Positions 47,935 through 59,055 of a DNA stretch of 64,000 bases are shown piece by piece. The position numbers and the translations under genes were made by a program. The DNA comes from Macrostomum lignano (taxonomy: Eukaryota). Numbering within the stretch: position 1 is the stretch's first letter; each line of letters begins with the position of its first letter. The stretch lies in contig NIVC01003803.1 in the NCBI GenBank assembly GCA_002269645.1, forward strand, positions 12,146-76,145, given 5' to 3'. Below the pieces are notes generated by a model. That model worked only from the letters and a program-made list of their open reading frames with translations. It searched no databases and was not told the DNA's origin.

Positions 47935-48455
47935 TATTGGCTTTGATGTGCCACTTTAATCAATTTGCTTGGATGTGCCTCTTTAAATTTGCTTTGATGT
48001 GCCGCTTTAATCTACTGGCTTTGATATGCCGCTTTTATAAATTTGCTTTGATGTGCCGCTTTAATCTACTGGCTTTGATATGCCGCTTTTATAAATTTGC
48101 TTTGATGTGCCGCTTTAATCAATTGGCTTTGGTGTGCCGCTTTTATCTACTGGCTTTGGTGTGCCGCTTTTATCTACTGGCTTTGGTGTGCCGCTTTTAT
48201 CTACTGGCTTTGTTGTGCCGCTTTTATCTACTGGCTTTGATGTGCCGCTTTCATCTACTGGCTTTGGTGTGCCGCTTTTATCTACTGGCTTTGGTGTGCC
48301 GCTTTTATCTACTGGCTTTGGTGTGCCGCTTTTATCTACTGGCTTTGTTGTGCCGCTTTTATCTACTGGCTTTGATGTGCCGCTTTCATCTACTGGCTTT
48401 GATGTGCCGCTTTTATCTACTGGCTTTGATGTGCCGCTTTAATCCACTGGCTTAG
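47935..48455 (+). repeat. 27-bp minisatellite (GATGTGCCGCTTTTATCTACTGGCTTT), DCN1 intron 2
   Basis: About 19 units. Confidence 0.95.
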
Positions 48456-48545
48456 ATGTGCCGCATATTACACACGGTAACCATAGCAACATAACATGGC
48501 TTCACCCGGCAACCATAGCAACAAGCATCAATCCAATTCACTCAC

Positions 48546-48870
48546 TGTCCTTGACGTCCAACATATCGCCGGACATCCGGCCGCCAGCGCGGCCACCTGT
48601 CATGGCGTCCAGCCGGGCGTCAAGCGCCGCGCGCAGCCCATCAGCGGTTGGCGCCTCTGCCTGCCGCAGAGCAGCGCAACCGCGTCTCAACTCGGCCTCA
48701 GTGAAGGCGCACATTTCGCGGGCCCGGCACAGCCAGGCTAGCAGTAGAACGCGAATATCGACGGGATCGAGGCCGAGGTCTCGGCAGAGATGCGCCACGC
48801 CGCCGGCGCCAATTCTTAAAGGCGGCGTCGATGCGCCAGCGCTGGCGCCATTATCGTCGGTTGGGTCGAC
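48546..48870 (-). CDS. DCUN1D3: DCN1-like exon 2
   Basis: LCRDLGLDPVDIRVLLLAWLCRAREMCAFT..E...GC matches the DCN1 PONY domain; A|GTGAGT donor. Confidence 0.88.
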
Positions 48871-48915
48871 CTGTAGATATTATTGAATAGATATTATTAT
48901 ACAGTTATTAATAAA

Positions 48916-49051
48916 CTGAAAATATTTAGGTGGCGAGGCATTTTAGGTACTAAAAAGAGGTATAGTTACTCTAGCCGTCTACCTACGCTGTTAATTAGGT
49001 GACGAGGCATTTTCATTAGGAAAGAGAGGTAGAGGTACTCCGGCTGTTTAC
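48916..49051 (-). repeat. Two tandem 28S rRNA-derived fragments (copy D 49051-48988, copy E 48982-48916) in DCN1 intron 1
   Basis: Minus strand: GTAAACAGCCGGAGTACCTCT..AAATGCCTCGTCACCTAATTAACAG and GTAGACGGCTAGAGTAACTAT..AAATGCCTCGCCACCTAAATATTTTCAG. Confidence 0.8.
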
Positions 49052-49063
49052 CCAACTACTTGC

Positions 49064-49321
49064 CTCGAAAGCATAGCTAGCAAAGAATCGATCGAATTCC
49101 GTAGTTGCTGCTACAAGCGAAGACGAAGCTGACCGATCGTCACCGCCAACAATATAGGCTTCGCCAGCCTGCAGGCGACTGGTCTTTGCTGATCCATCCG
49201 ATGCTAAAGCAGAGTTTGGCACTGGCAATGGCGGCCTACGCTTGCGCTTGCCCGACTGCTGCTGCGACTTTGGCATCATGTCGGGATTGGCGGCAGCTTT
49301 GAGTGACAGGCAGCTGCCCAT
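49064..49321 (-). CDS. DCUN1D3: DCN1-like protein (DCUN1D3-type), exon 1. Model: complement join 49321-49064 (or 49052), 48870-48546, 47870-47524
   Basis: MGSC myristoylation/palmitoylation-type start as in DCNL3; FDRFFASYA; two in-frame donors (GAG|GCAAGT, TGG|GTAAAC). Confidence 0.75.
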
Positions 49322-51142
49322 TTGGCAGGGGAAAAATTATCGATTTGGAGAAATTATTGTTTAGAAAGACAATTGGGAAGGGGCGCAATGCAGTAGCTAG
49401 TTAGATATGGAAAAATACTGTTTCAACTGGCCTCTGTTCACACTTCAGTGGATTAATTAGAACTCAACCTATCAGGCCTGTCTGTGTACTTCTGATAGCA
49501 ACTAATCTGATTGGCTGAACTGCTGATCTGGCCAAGACGGTGGCATGAAATTATTGGGAAAATATTTCATTCATTAATTACATAATTAAAAAGGCCCCAA
49601 AAGAAAACTTTTTTAAAGATTATGCATTCACATGCATATACTTTCTAACCCCTATTAGAATGAAGCAATAAGAAACATGGGTATCAATAAATTTATCTAA
49701 CAAAAGTTTTTATTGACCAGAATATTTTCAACCAAGAGCTTTGCCTAGCAATAAAATATCAAGTTAGAATTCATATCTAGATAATTTTTTTCTATTTTTA
49801 TCTAATTCAAAGGGTACACATATCATTAAAAGTGATAATAGCCAGGCAAAAATAGGTTAGAAACCTCAATAGTGATAATAATAATAACTATTTATAGCTT
49901 ACCCTAATGGGCAGACATGTGACCAATAGTTTAGCTGCAGCTTTTATGCAATGCACCTGAAGACTGCATATGGTTATTTAGCACAAGGATTATAGGGTCA
50001 CCACATACAGTCAATTATCCTAGCTTACTCATTTTATATCTAGATGAACTGAAGCAATATAAAGTTAAGTATCTTGCTCAAGGATACAAATTGTTCCATG
50101 TGGATTATGAATTGAATCTCAGATATTTAAGTCATAAGTCTAATACTCTAACTAGTAACAACTAGGTTACAACTCCCTTAAAATGGTACAAATTAAAAAC
50201 CTTGGTAAAGGAGCAAGAGGCCTAGATAATGGTTATAATATTAAGACAAAATAATGATTTCTTTTGCCATTAATATAAAAATGGATAATGATATTGAAAT
50301 ATTATTAACTTTGAATGCAAAATATGAAATAAATATATAAATAAGCCAAATTCCTTAGGTATCTAGGAAAATAGCTTAATTGATATAGGAATATTAACCA
50401 GGGAGTAGAGACAAAGGGACAATTGCTTCTCTCTCTTTTAGGAAAGCAATAACCTAAAAAAATAAAGGAGGCCAAGTATATGAGATTGCCAAAATACAAA
50501 GATATCCCCCTCTGTCCCTCAATTGGGTTTTTATCTTCTAAAACTTCTTTTCAACAAATTTCTAATTATGCCACTATCATAAACAAAGAGATTAATTAAG
50601 TATCTACGATTTAGGAAGGTTATAAAATTTAAAGTATCAATTGTAACTTTTTGTAAAACTTTTTTTGTTTTTTGTTGTATTTTTAGTCTTATTGCTATTG
50701 TCATTAATATTAATAATGCATTTGTCATTTACTTACAAAATTTTAATAGTCCAAAATATTAATTTATTAATGCAAAAAATCTTAATGGCAAGTAGTCTAT
50801 TAGGCCTAACACAAGTAAAAAATAAACACTTATTAATAATTTATTCTTTATAGATGGACTGATGCTTATCAATAGATCAAGGTACTCAATATTGCATTTA
50901 ACATAGATATGCTATATTATATAAGTGCAACTACCTTGATTTAAACTGGTCATGCAATTTACTTGGTGTAAGACCAAGATGGCCACAACATTGAATCTCT
51001 ATTATATGTTTTCTTTCTACCATTAATTAGCAACTTAATAGCTATTGTTTTAATCAATCATAATCAATAGATTTGAAACAAATTATTTATAATACAAAAA
51101 CTTAAATCTTTTTAGTGTTTATGCCAATTTATTATCATAGGG

Positions 51143-52116
51143 CAGGGGTAAGCAAACTTTTTTCAATATGGGCTGGATTGGAAAACTGGCTGAAGGGGGC
51201 AGGCCAGAAAAAATGCACAACAAATTGAGGCTAAACGACCATTTGGTATCCTATAGAATTGTTAGTTAAAATTATTTTTTTCACTTGAGTTTGATTCCTT
51301 TCTATTTTTAGAGTTCAAAATATAAAACAAGTGAAAAAAATTAACTGTTTAACATGTACTGGCAGCTAAATTGTTTGTTATAGTCAACTGCCACATCACA
51401 ACATGAGGATACTACTTGGAAGTTAAACAATGGCACAATCCAACCTGAGGCTGCTAGTTGTCGAGCCATCCAGAGAGTAGTAGTCCAAAATCAGAAAATT
51501 AAGCAATGGCTTTTGACCTGAATCCCAGTATTGGCAGCTTGGCAGCTAATTTTTCAATCTTAAGTGCATCTCCCTTTAATGTCCCCATAGTCACAGTTTT
51601 TTACCATAGACATATTTTTATGCTTTGTATATACAAAACTGATACTATTTTTTAGAATTCCTAAAATCAGCGTACAAACTCAAATGTGGAGAGATATGTA
51701 GATAAAATTACCCAGTCACACTATTACCCAACATTAAAGTAGTACCCTTGTATTGTGAGAATTGACTATAATAAGCAATTTAGCTAACAGAACATGTTAA
51801 ACTGTTATTTTTTCACTTGTTAAATATTTTTGGACTCTAAAATAGACAAGAAATAAATTCAAGCAAAAAAATAATTTAAGGAACAATTCTATAGGATAGC
51901 CAACAATTTTTATAGATGATAGACCAAATACAACCAATAATCCCACACTTAAAATTGACAAGAATGATAGGATGAAAGCTTTTAAAGTTGAATATTTCAA
52001 CACAAAATTGGTTTCCAGGCCACTTTTACATTGTTAAATAGTAAGTGTGCTATAGGCTGGACTTGAAGATGTCGCTGGCTGGATCTGGCCCACAGGCCGC
52101 AGTTTGCCGACCCTTG
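51143..52116. mobile_element. hAT (Charlie-like) non-autonomous element, ~974 bp
   Basis: TIR CAGGGGTAAGCAAACT / AGTTTGCCGACCCTTG; subterminal GGCCCACAGGCCGC; flanks TCATAGGG / CCATAGAG (6/8 match); related end fragments at ~4730-4760 and ~10472. Confidence 0.75.
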
Positions 52117-52146
52117 CCATAGAGCCATATATATTAAATATATTAC

Positions 52147-52914
52147 TGTGACAGGCCTTTTGGCTCTGTCTTTCTAAACTTCTAACTATTAGTGTTTATT
52201 AAATATCCTACGAGCTGCCACCAAAGTTGTTACAGGCCTTTCACCTCTTACTTTATTAATTTTAATCCCACCGATTTGCCAACTACAGTTATCCTGATTA
52301 TACTTGCTTTTACTCCCTAACTATTTCTTAGAATTTCATTTAAATATTTCTGGGTAGCGTTCTTAGTAGCGTTTCTGGTAGCGTTCTTAGTAGCGTTTCT
52401 GGTAGCTTATGGCTTGCTTTCTGGTAGCGTTCTAGTAGCTTATGGCCTGAGCGGTCTAGTACTGGTATATGTATTAGTGTATAGTCCTAATCGGGCGTTC
52501 ACCAAGACTAGAGGGTCACGGCGCCTCTCTTGGTATATCTCCAAGAATTAGTCCCAATTCCCTTCTCTTAGCAAATTTCTTAGAATCGTTTCACAGGTTT
52601 TGCAAATAAATAAGTCGCTATTTAGCTCAAAGACTTTGAAATGGTTTAGATTGAACTGCTTATTCTGTTCGCAATTATTTGCTCACGAGTAAAAGACAGT
52701 TGGAGTATATTTGTCGCAAAACCGCTCCTATATATAGTGATTTTCCCCACATACGATTAAAACAAAAAAATAATTCTCCAATTTATTTCGCGCATTAAAA
52801 CAAACTATTATTTGGCGTTCGCGTAGATTCAGTTTCTAAGAAAGATTCGAATATACAGTTATTACATTGAAAGAACATTCGAGTATACTATGATAAAGGC
52901 ATAGCACTAGTACA
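52147..52914 (-). repeat. 3' LTR (768 bp)
   Basis: Near-identical to 60053-60818; preceded on the minus strand by PPT AGAGGAGGAAAG (52916-52927). Confidence 0.96.
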
Positions 52915-53200
52915 ACTTTCCTCCTCTATATATCAAATTTTGAACGAAATACTATATTATATGTATACAGTGAAAAATTGATATCGTAGGAAAATGCAGG
53001 TGAAAAGGTGCAAAGCAAGGTGCAGAAAACACAATTCAGTGCTAAAACAATTGGTGCATAAAATGGTTGTGATAGAACTATTATGTAGGTAAACCATTAA
53101 AGTGAGAACTATTATGGAAGCAAAACGAACTATTATAAAAGTATTATAAAAGGCAAAATTGTTATTAAAGGCAACGCAAAAGTTAGTTCACCTCAATAGT

Positions 53201-54076
53201 TCAGATAAACATGCAGGGCTCCGGGAGGTCGCGATAGTAGGGCCAGCCGACTTGAGCGAAAAACCATCGGTACTCTTCGTCGAGGACCGTCAGCGCTGGC
53301 GGCGGGTTGGCTCTTATAGCTCGCTGGAGGCGATAGGCGACGTCCTGGAGAACAGCGACAGCTTCCTGGTAACTGAATTGATCCCTCAGAAACTTCAGGT
53401 GTGTCCAAATTTGCGAGCATTGGGGGTAGCGCTGTCGGCTGTCGGATCGGTGGTACGCTACTTTCAGTGCGTATTGCTCAATGTGGAAGCGTAGCTTTTC
53501 CACCTCTGCTCCGCGAGTCTCCACAAGTTCTCGGACGATGCGATGAAAATCTCTCTGCGAATTCGATTGCTGCTGGCTCGGCTGTAGTGCTGATGGCTGG
53601 CTAGACTGCTGCGCTGATTGCAGGCTCGGCTGCAGCGCTGACTGCTGCGCTGATTGCAGGCTCGGCTGCGACGCTGGCTGCTGAGCTGGCGGTGTCGCAG
53701 CTGTCGATTTCTTCTGCCGTGGTGCCGGGGTCTTTCTCGATGATGGGGCAGCTGGCGGTGACACCAACTGCTGCGTTCGGCTTGATGTCGACGATCCTGG
53801 CGTGGCCTTGACAACATAGGAGCGCACGGGCGCAGCTGCCTGTGCTGCCACCAGGGCGGCGCGCTTCTGCTCGGGGCCTTCGACCCTCATTTGGCGGCAA
53901 GGCGATGAAGCTGGCGATGATGTTCTTGGCCGTTTGCTGGATACACCAGGCGCCTTTGGACGTGTTGCACATCGAAGCGGTGCCTCATTTTCGTCGGTGT
54001 TGGGCGCTGGCTGGGGCTCCATATCGTCTGACAGATTGCCAATTAACTCGTCCAAGATATCAATAGAGTTGTTCAT
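53201..54076 (-). CDS. Orphan third ORF (291 aa) inside the retrotransposon; not env-like
   Basis: caaaATG start; intact frame; GC-rich; no signal peptide or TM segment visible; upstream TATA and GC box. Confidence 0.75.
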   Translation of the reverse strand: MNNSIDILDELIGNLSDDMEPQPAPNTDENEAPLRCATRPKAPGVSSKRPRTSSPASSPCRQMRVEGPEQKRAALVAAQAAAPVRSYVVKATPGSSTSSRTQQLVSPPAAPSSRKTPAPRQKKSTAATPPAQQPASQPSLQSAQQSALQPSLQSAQQSSQPSALQPSQQQSNSQRDFHRIVRELVETRGAEVEKLRFHIEQYALKVAYHRSDSRQRYPQCSQIWTHLKFLRDQFSYQEAVAVLQDVAYRLQRAIRANPPPALTVLDEEYRWFFAQVGWPYYRDLPEPCMFI

Positions 54077-54158
54077 TTTGATTTCTCTGCGAATGGCTCT
54101 TAGAATAGAAAGGAAGCTAGCAGTGAGCTATGGGATCTGTGGGGCCTGCGGGTGCTCG

Positions 54159-54227
54159 TATTTATAGGCTGGCGGGCCGAAAAACTGGACCTCTTCGAAG
54201 CACTCCCCTCGCGCGTGGGGCGGGGCA
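54159..54227 (-). promoter_or_regulatory. Candidate internal Pol II promoter for ORF3
   Basis: GGGGCGGGGC GC box at ~54217-54226 and TATAAATA at 54166-54159, 90 nt upstream of the ATG. Confidence 0.55.
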
Positions 54228-54475
54228 TGCCAGATTTGACAGATTTGACAACTAAATTTTTATGGATTTTCTATTTCTTTTTATAACTTTTTTATTTTTT
54301 GATAGATTTTCTTGAGTAAAGTATCAAATTAAAGATCGCATTTTGTAGATTAATATGGTATTTACAGATTCGCTCTATGTACAGCATGTCAAATTTTATA
54401 AGCAGATAAGTAATTCTAATACGGAATTTTAACTATTTAACACTGTTTCTTATGGGAAATTGCTTACGTCATGAT

Positions 54476-56379
54476 TTAAGGTGCTAAATATTTCGCGTAG
54501 CGCCTTCGGGGCACAAATCCTGTCGCGCCTTCTCTTTCTCTCCTTCGCTGAGTCATCCTAAAGTTATACCTATTCTCTGGCTGAACTCGTTCCTCCTCTA
54601 ACTCTAATGCTCCTTCTTCTTCTTCTGATGGCTCATCTGAGTCAGTCGCTCTCTCTGTATTCTCACTGTTCAATTCTTCATTTCCTTCGTTTTCACTCTG
54701 CGAATTCGGATCTGCGAATACTCTCCATTGAATTCTGTTTTCTTCGTCTGAGCTTTCCTCCTCTAAAATTTGAACTTCTGGAATTCTAACTTCTTTTTGT
54801 CTATGGCAAATTCTTTTATTCGACTTCGGCGGTTCCTTCTTCTTAGTTGACACTGGTGCTGGTTTTAAATTATTATTAATTTCCTCTGGTAAATCAATTT
54901 CGGATTTCGGCACTGGAGTCAGATTATTTCTATGTACTAATAGTTTTTCTCCGCTCCTTTCGCCATTGATTTCTCTTTGCACACGGAACACTGTGTCTGA
55001 TATCTTCGCAAGTACTCGATAGGCTGCTCTCTTCTTTCGATGAAACTTGTGGCTCTCCTCTTGGTGAAGTTGAGGGTTGTTGATGAGAGCGAGACAGCCA
55101 ACTGGCACATTTTTAGGCTGACGATTCTCAACTTCGTCCTCTTGCCTTTTCTCTCGCACCTTTTCGAGTTGTCTTCGCACAATTGCTTTTGTCTCCTCGA
55201 TTCTCTTCGCATGATCCAGCACATAACTAGGATAGTCTCGGTATAGTCTTGGCCTTTTCACAATGCTATCTATTGGCAAATCTGCTTCTCTCCCGAATAG
55301 TAAGTAGTGTGGTGTGAACCCAGTAGTTTGATTAACACTGGTTCGCACAGCTACCAAAGCGGCGGGTATGAGCAGATCCCAATCTGAATGATCCTTTTCA
55401 ATCAAACAGGTTACAATCGATTTAATTTGCTTGTTAAATCTTTCGACAAGCCCGTTACTCTGAGCATGGTAAGGCGTAGTGCAAGTATGCTTAATGCCGT
55501 ATAGGGTACAGAATGCCTGAAATTGGTGACTTACAAAAGTCTTGCCATTATCAGTGTGTATCCATTGACACTGGCCATACTCGCTGAAAATTCTCTCTTG
55601 TATCGTTTTGATAACAGTAGCGGATTTCTGATTCCGAACCGGAAAAGCGAATGGGAACTTTGTTGTACTATCTACACAGTAAGTACATATCGGTGTCCTC
55701 TTCTGCTTTCCTTTGATATTGGACCGATCAAATCTATGTGCAGCCGATGGAATGGCTCACATATCGGAAAGGTCTGCACCGGTGCTCGTACTTTATTTCC
55801 GCTTTTACTTTCCAAACACGGGATGCATTCTACGATGTACTTTTCAACTGCAGTCACTAACCCCGGCCTCCAGAATCGGTCTCGGACTCGCTGTAGCGTC
55901 TTGTCCCGACCTAGGTGGCCTGCTAGCGGACTGTCGTGCAGCTCTTTGAATACATCTTTCTCAATCTTCTCTGGCAATACTACTTTTCGTTTACCGTCTT
56001 CACTGACTGTCAGCATTTCATCTTCGATTTTCATCTGCTCGTAGAGCTTAACCATCTTCTTCAACTCTCCGGATGCATTTTCTGGTAACTTCGGCTCACG
56101 TACTTTCTTCTGCTTCCAGTCCATCAAGGTTCTTATAGAAGGATCAGCATGCTGCGCTGAAGTCAGCTGCTCTTTCTTCAATGGAACCGAGAGGTAATCT
56201 GTCAGAAGCTTTCTGCACACTGTCTCTTCCTCTTCGAAATAGTCTCTTGCATCTTCATAGATGTCATCATCATCTTCGAACTGATCACTGGCATCTTCGT
56301 ATTCATCATCTGCGAATTCGTCTTCGGAATCTGATTCATACTCTTCTGTGAAGTCGGTCTGGCAACTCTGATCTTTCAC
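54476..56379 (-). CDS. pol: Pol segment 3: integrase, interrupted by a frameshift near 55672
   Basis: HDSPLAGH...C..C zinc finger; after a -1 shift, VDSTTK, HTDNG and GLVERFN (DDE); degenerate GPY/F module. Confidence 0.93.
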
Positions 56380-58292
56380 GCTGTAGTCACGACTTGTTTC
56401 ACAGCGCTGGTTTCTATTGTCATCTTAGGAATTTCGGCCTCATTCTCTTTGATCTTAGCATCTTTCTGTTCAACTGGTGGTTCCGAGGGTCGCCGTGACA
56501 ATCCATCTGCGTTGGAATGTTTGGCTCCACTGCGGTGCTCAATATCGTATTGAAACTCACTCAGTCTTTCAATCCATCTTCCGAGAATTCCTTGGGCTTC
56601 GGTCTGGCGCAATAGCCATAGAATTGCCTTGTGGTCTGTGCGGGCCAGAAACCTTTTGCCAATTAGGTAAAATCGGAAGTGTTTCATGCCATCTACTAGC
56701 GCTAATAGCTCTTTTCTGGTAATCGGATATCTTTTCTCAGACTCTTTCATTGCTCTGCTGAAGTAAGCAATGGGTCTTTCAACCCCGTCCGATTGTATTT
56801 GACCCAGGCAAGCACCAATTCGGTCTTCGCTTGCGTCGGTGTCTAACACCATTCGAACATTTTCGTTCTCTGAGAATTCTGGGTACGCGAGTACTTCGGT
56901 CGATGTCATTCTCTGCTTCAACTGCTGGAAAGCCTCGTCATGCTTCTTGGTCCACTTTTCCCTAAAGTTTTGAATACCTTTCTTAGTTAATTGAAATAGC
57001 GGATGCGCTGCCTCTGCGTAATTCTTTACAAATCTGCAGTAGTAGTTACACAACCCCAAGAAGCTTCGCAGTTCTTTGACCTCTTTCGGCGTAGGCCATG
57101 ACTGTATCGCTTCGATCTTAGCTGGGTCTGTTCTAATCCCTTCTCTTCCTACGATATGCCCTAAGTACTTTAGCTCTTTCTGAAACAAGTTGCACTTTTT
57201 TGGTCTTAATTTTAGTCCTGCTGAGATTAGTCTTTGAAATACTTCTTGCAGATGACCGAGATGATCTTCGAATTTCTCTGAGTATGTCACAATATCATCT
57301 ATGTACGACATCGCGAATTTGTGCTGTATTCCCATCAGCACCAAATTCATGAGTCTCTGGAATGTACCAGGAGCGTTAGACAAGCCCTGTGCCATGACCT
57401 GATATTCGAACTGGCCTCTGGTAAGGGTGGAAAAGGCTGTCATAAATTTGTGCTCTTCTTTGATAGGTACCTGCCAGTATCCAGAGTTTAAATCTAGACT
57501 ACTGAAGTACTTGCTTCCAGATAACTGAGCGAAAGTCTCTTGTATGTTCGGCAATGGATATGGGTAATAGTTCACTCTCGAGTTCAGGACCCTGAAGTCA
57601 CTGACGATTCTTATGGATCCATCCTTCTTAGGAACTATCACTAGCGGCGTTGAATAAGTACTATAGCATGGTCGGATCAGGTTCTTAGCAAGCATGTCGT
57701 CAAGTTGCTCATCTACTTGCTTTTGCAGATGTGGTGGAATTCTGCGTGTTGGAATCCTGACCGGTGTGGTATCTTTTAGAGATATTTCATGAGTCACAAG
57801 ATGGGTGAGACCCATGTCTTGGTTGGTCTGCGAAAATGCTTCCTTGTTCTTCTTTAGCAAATCGATCACTAGTCCTTTCTGTTCTGATGTTAGCTCTTCT
57901 CCTAAATCGATCTCGTTTATCCAGCTGTACTCACTCTCTTCACTCTTCACTGTCCTAATTGCATCATCTGAACTGGCTTGACCTTTGCTGTTAATAGAGT
58001 AGGCCAGGCCTCCTGGCTTCAAGGGTTTGGCCACTCCAATCAGCGTAGATCTTGTCAGTCTGATATCGTCATTCTGTCGATTGATTATTTCCACTACTCC
58101 TGTTCCATCGTTCATGGTCACTAGAGTAGGAATCATCTCTAAGGAATTTCTCTTCGTAGTCACTTGGCCTCCAATGGTGTCAATGACCATTGGCGTTCCA
58201 TAGTTAGCTTCTGATCCTTTAGTCATTCTAATTGGAATTCGAAGAGCGCTATTCGCTGGTATAGTCACGCTGTTATGGCTGTAATTCGGCAA
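56376..58292 (-). CDS. pol: Pol segment 2: reverse transcriptase and RNase H
   Basis: LDLNSGYWQV, GLSNAPGTFQ, YIDDI, LDTDAS, ELLA, TDHKAI, ADGLSR. Confidence 0.96.
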   Translation of the reverse strand: MPNYSHNSVTIPANSALRIPIRMTKGSEANYGTPMVIDTIGGQVTTKRNSLEMIPTLVTMNDGTGVVEIINRQNDDIRLTRSTLIGVAKPLKPGGLAYSINSKGQASSDDAIRTVKSEESEYSWINEIDLGEELTSEQKGLVIDLLKKNKEAFSQTNQDMGLTHLVTHEISLKDTTPVRIPTRRIPPHLQKQVDEQLDDMLAKNLIRPCYSTYSTPLVIVPKKDGSIRIVSDFRVLNSRVNYYPYPLPNIQETFAQLSGSKYFSSLDLNSGYWQVPIKEEHKFMTAFSTLTRGQFEYQVMAQGLSNAPGTFQRLMNLVLMGIQHKFAMSYIDDIVTYSEKFEDHLGHLQEVFQRLISAGLKLRPKKCNLFQKELKYLGHIVGREGIRTDPAKIEAIQSWPTPKEVKELRSFLGLCNYYCRFVKNYAEAAHPLFQLTKKGIQNFREKWTKKHDEAFQQLKQRMTSTEVLAYPEFSENENVRMVLDTDASEDRIGACLGQIQSDGVERPIAYFSRAMKESEKRYPITRKELLALVDGMKHFRFYLIGKRFLARTDHKAILWLLRQTEAQGILGRWIERLSEFQYDIEHRSGAKHSNADGLSRRPSEPPVEQKDAKIKENEAEIPKMTIETSAVKQVVTTA

Positions 58293-59055
58293 ACCCGTAC
58301 GGGTAATTTTGTAAACTGAATTGGGATGCAGGTCCTTCTTTTAATACAAGCATTCCTCTGGAAAGGCTGATGCTGTCGCAGAAGTTCATGAAGAACTCCA
58401 TCCCGAGTATGTCGTCACACTCGTGATTGCACAGCAGGAACTCTGTCTCAATCTCTATCTCTCCGAATCGTATTTTCGTTCTGACTTCTCCTTCAATTCG
58501 CACACTTGATCCGTCAAACGTAGTCACTCTTCTAGTAGTCAACTCAATTTCATCACTTCTGAACATCTTTTTCCAAGTACTCTTGCTTAGGAAATTATGT
58601 CCAGCTCCTGTGTCTAGCAGGAAGTAGACCTTTCGGTTTCTTAGCATTCCATTGACGACTGCTTCTCGTCCTTTTCTCTCCGTATCTTCTTCGAATTCTT
58701 TCTTCGAATGCTCATTCGGAATTACTGTACTTTGTACTTTATTATTCGGCCTACTGTGGCTGGCAGACGCATGACTAGGTGCAAGCGGCGTATGTACACG
58801 AGGTGCAAAATTTTTATTTGGTTTTCTGTGAAATTTATTGAATTCGGCATGCGTTCTGCTGTTACTATACTGTCTGGCATTACTTCGATACGCATTATTT
58901 ACAAATTCAGAGGCCTGAAATTCGCGATAATTGTTGCTAGAGGGACGTGGCCTCGCAAAGCGGCCCTCGCTACTCAGTTTCCCTGCTGCTTCTGGTAGTT
59001 CACACTCGCTGACCGTTTGGCCTAGCGCTCTGGCAATTCCTCGCCATGTGGCCAA
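58273..59055 (-). CDS. pol: Pol segment 1: aspartic protease
   Basis: FLLDTGAGHNF and DILGMEF motifs. Confidence 0.9.
   Translation of the reverse strand: MATWRGIARALGQTVSECELPEAAGKLSSEGRFARPRPSSNNYREFQASEFVNNAYRSNARQYSNSRTHAEFNKFHRKPNKNFAPRVHTPLAPSHASASHSRPNNKVQSTVIPNEHSKKEFEEDTERKGREAVVNGMLRNRKVYFLLDTGAGHNFLSKSTWKKMFRSDEIELTTRRVTTFDGSSVRIEGEVRTKIRFGEIEIETEFLLCNHECDDILGMEFFMNFCDSISLSRGMLVLKEGPASQFSLQNYPYGFAELQP

Noticed and set aside
53201-54076. env gene
   Set aside because: No signal peptide, furin site or transmembrane segment
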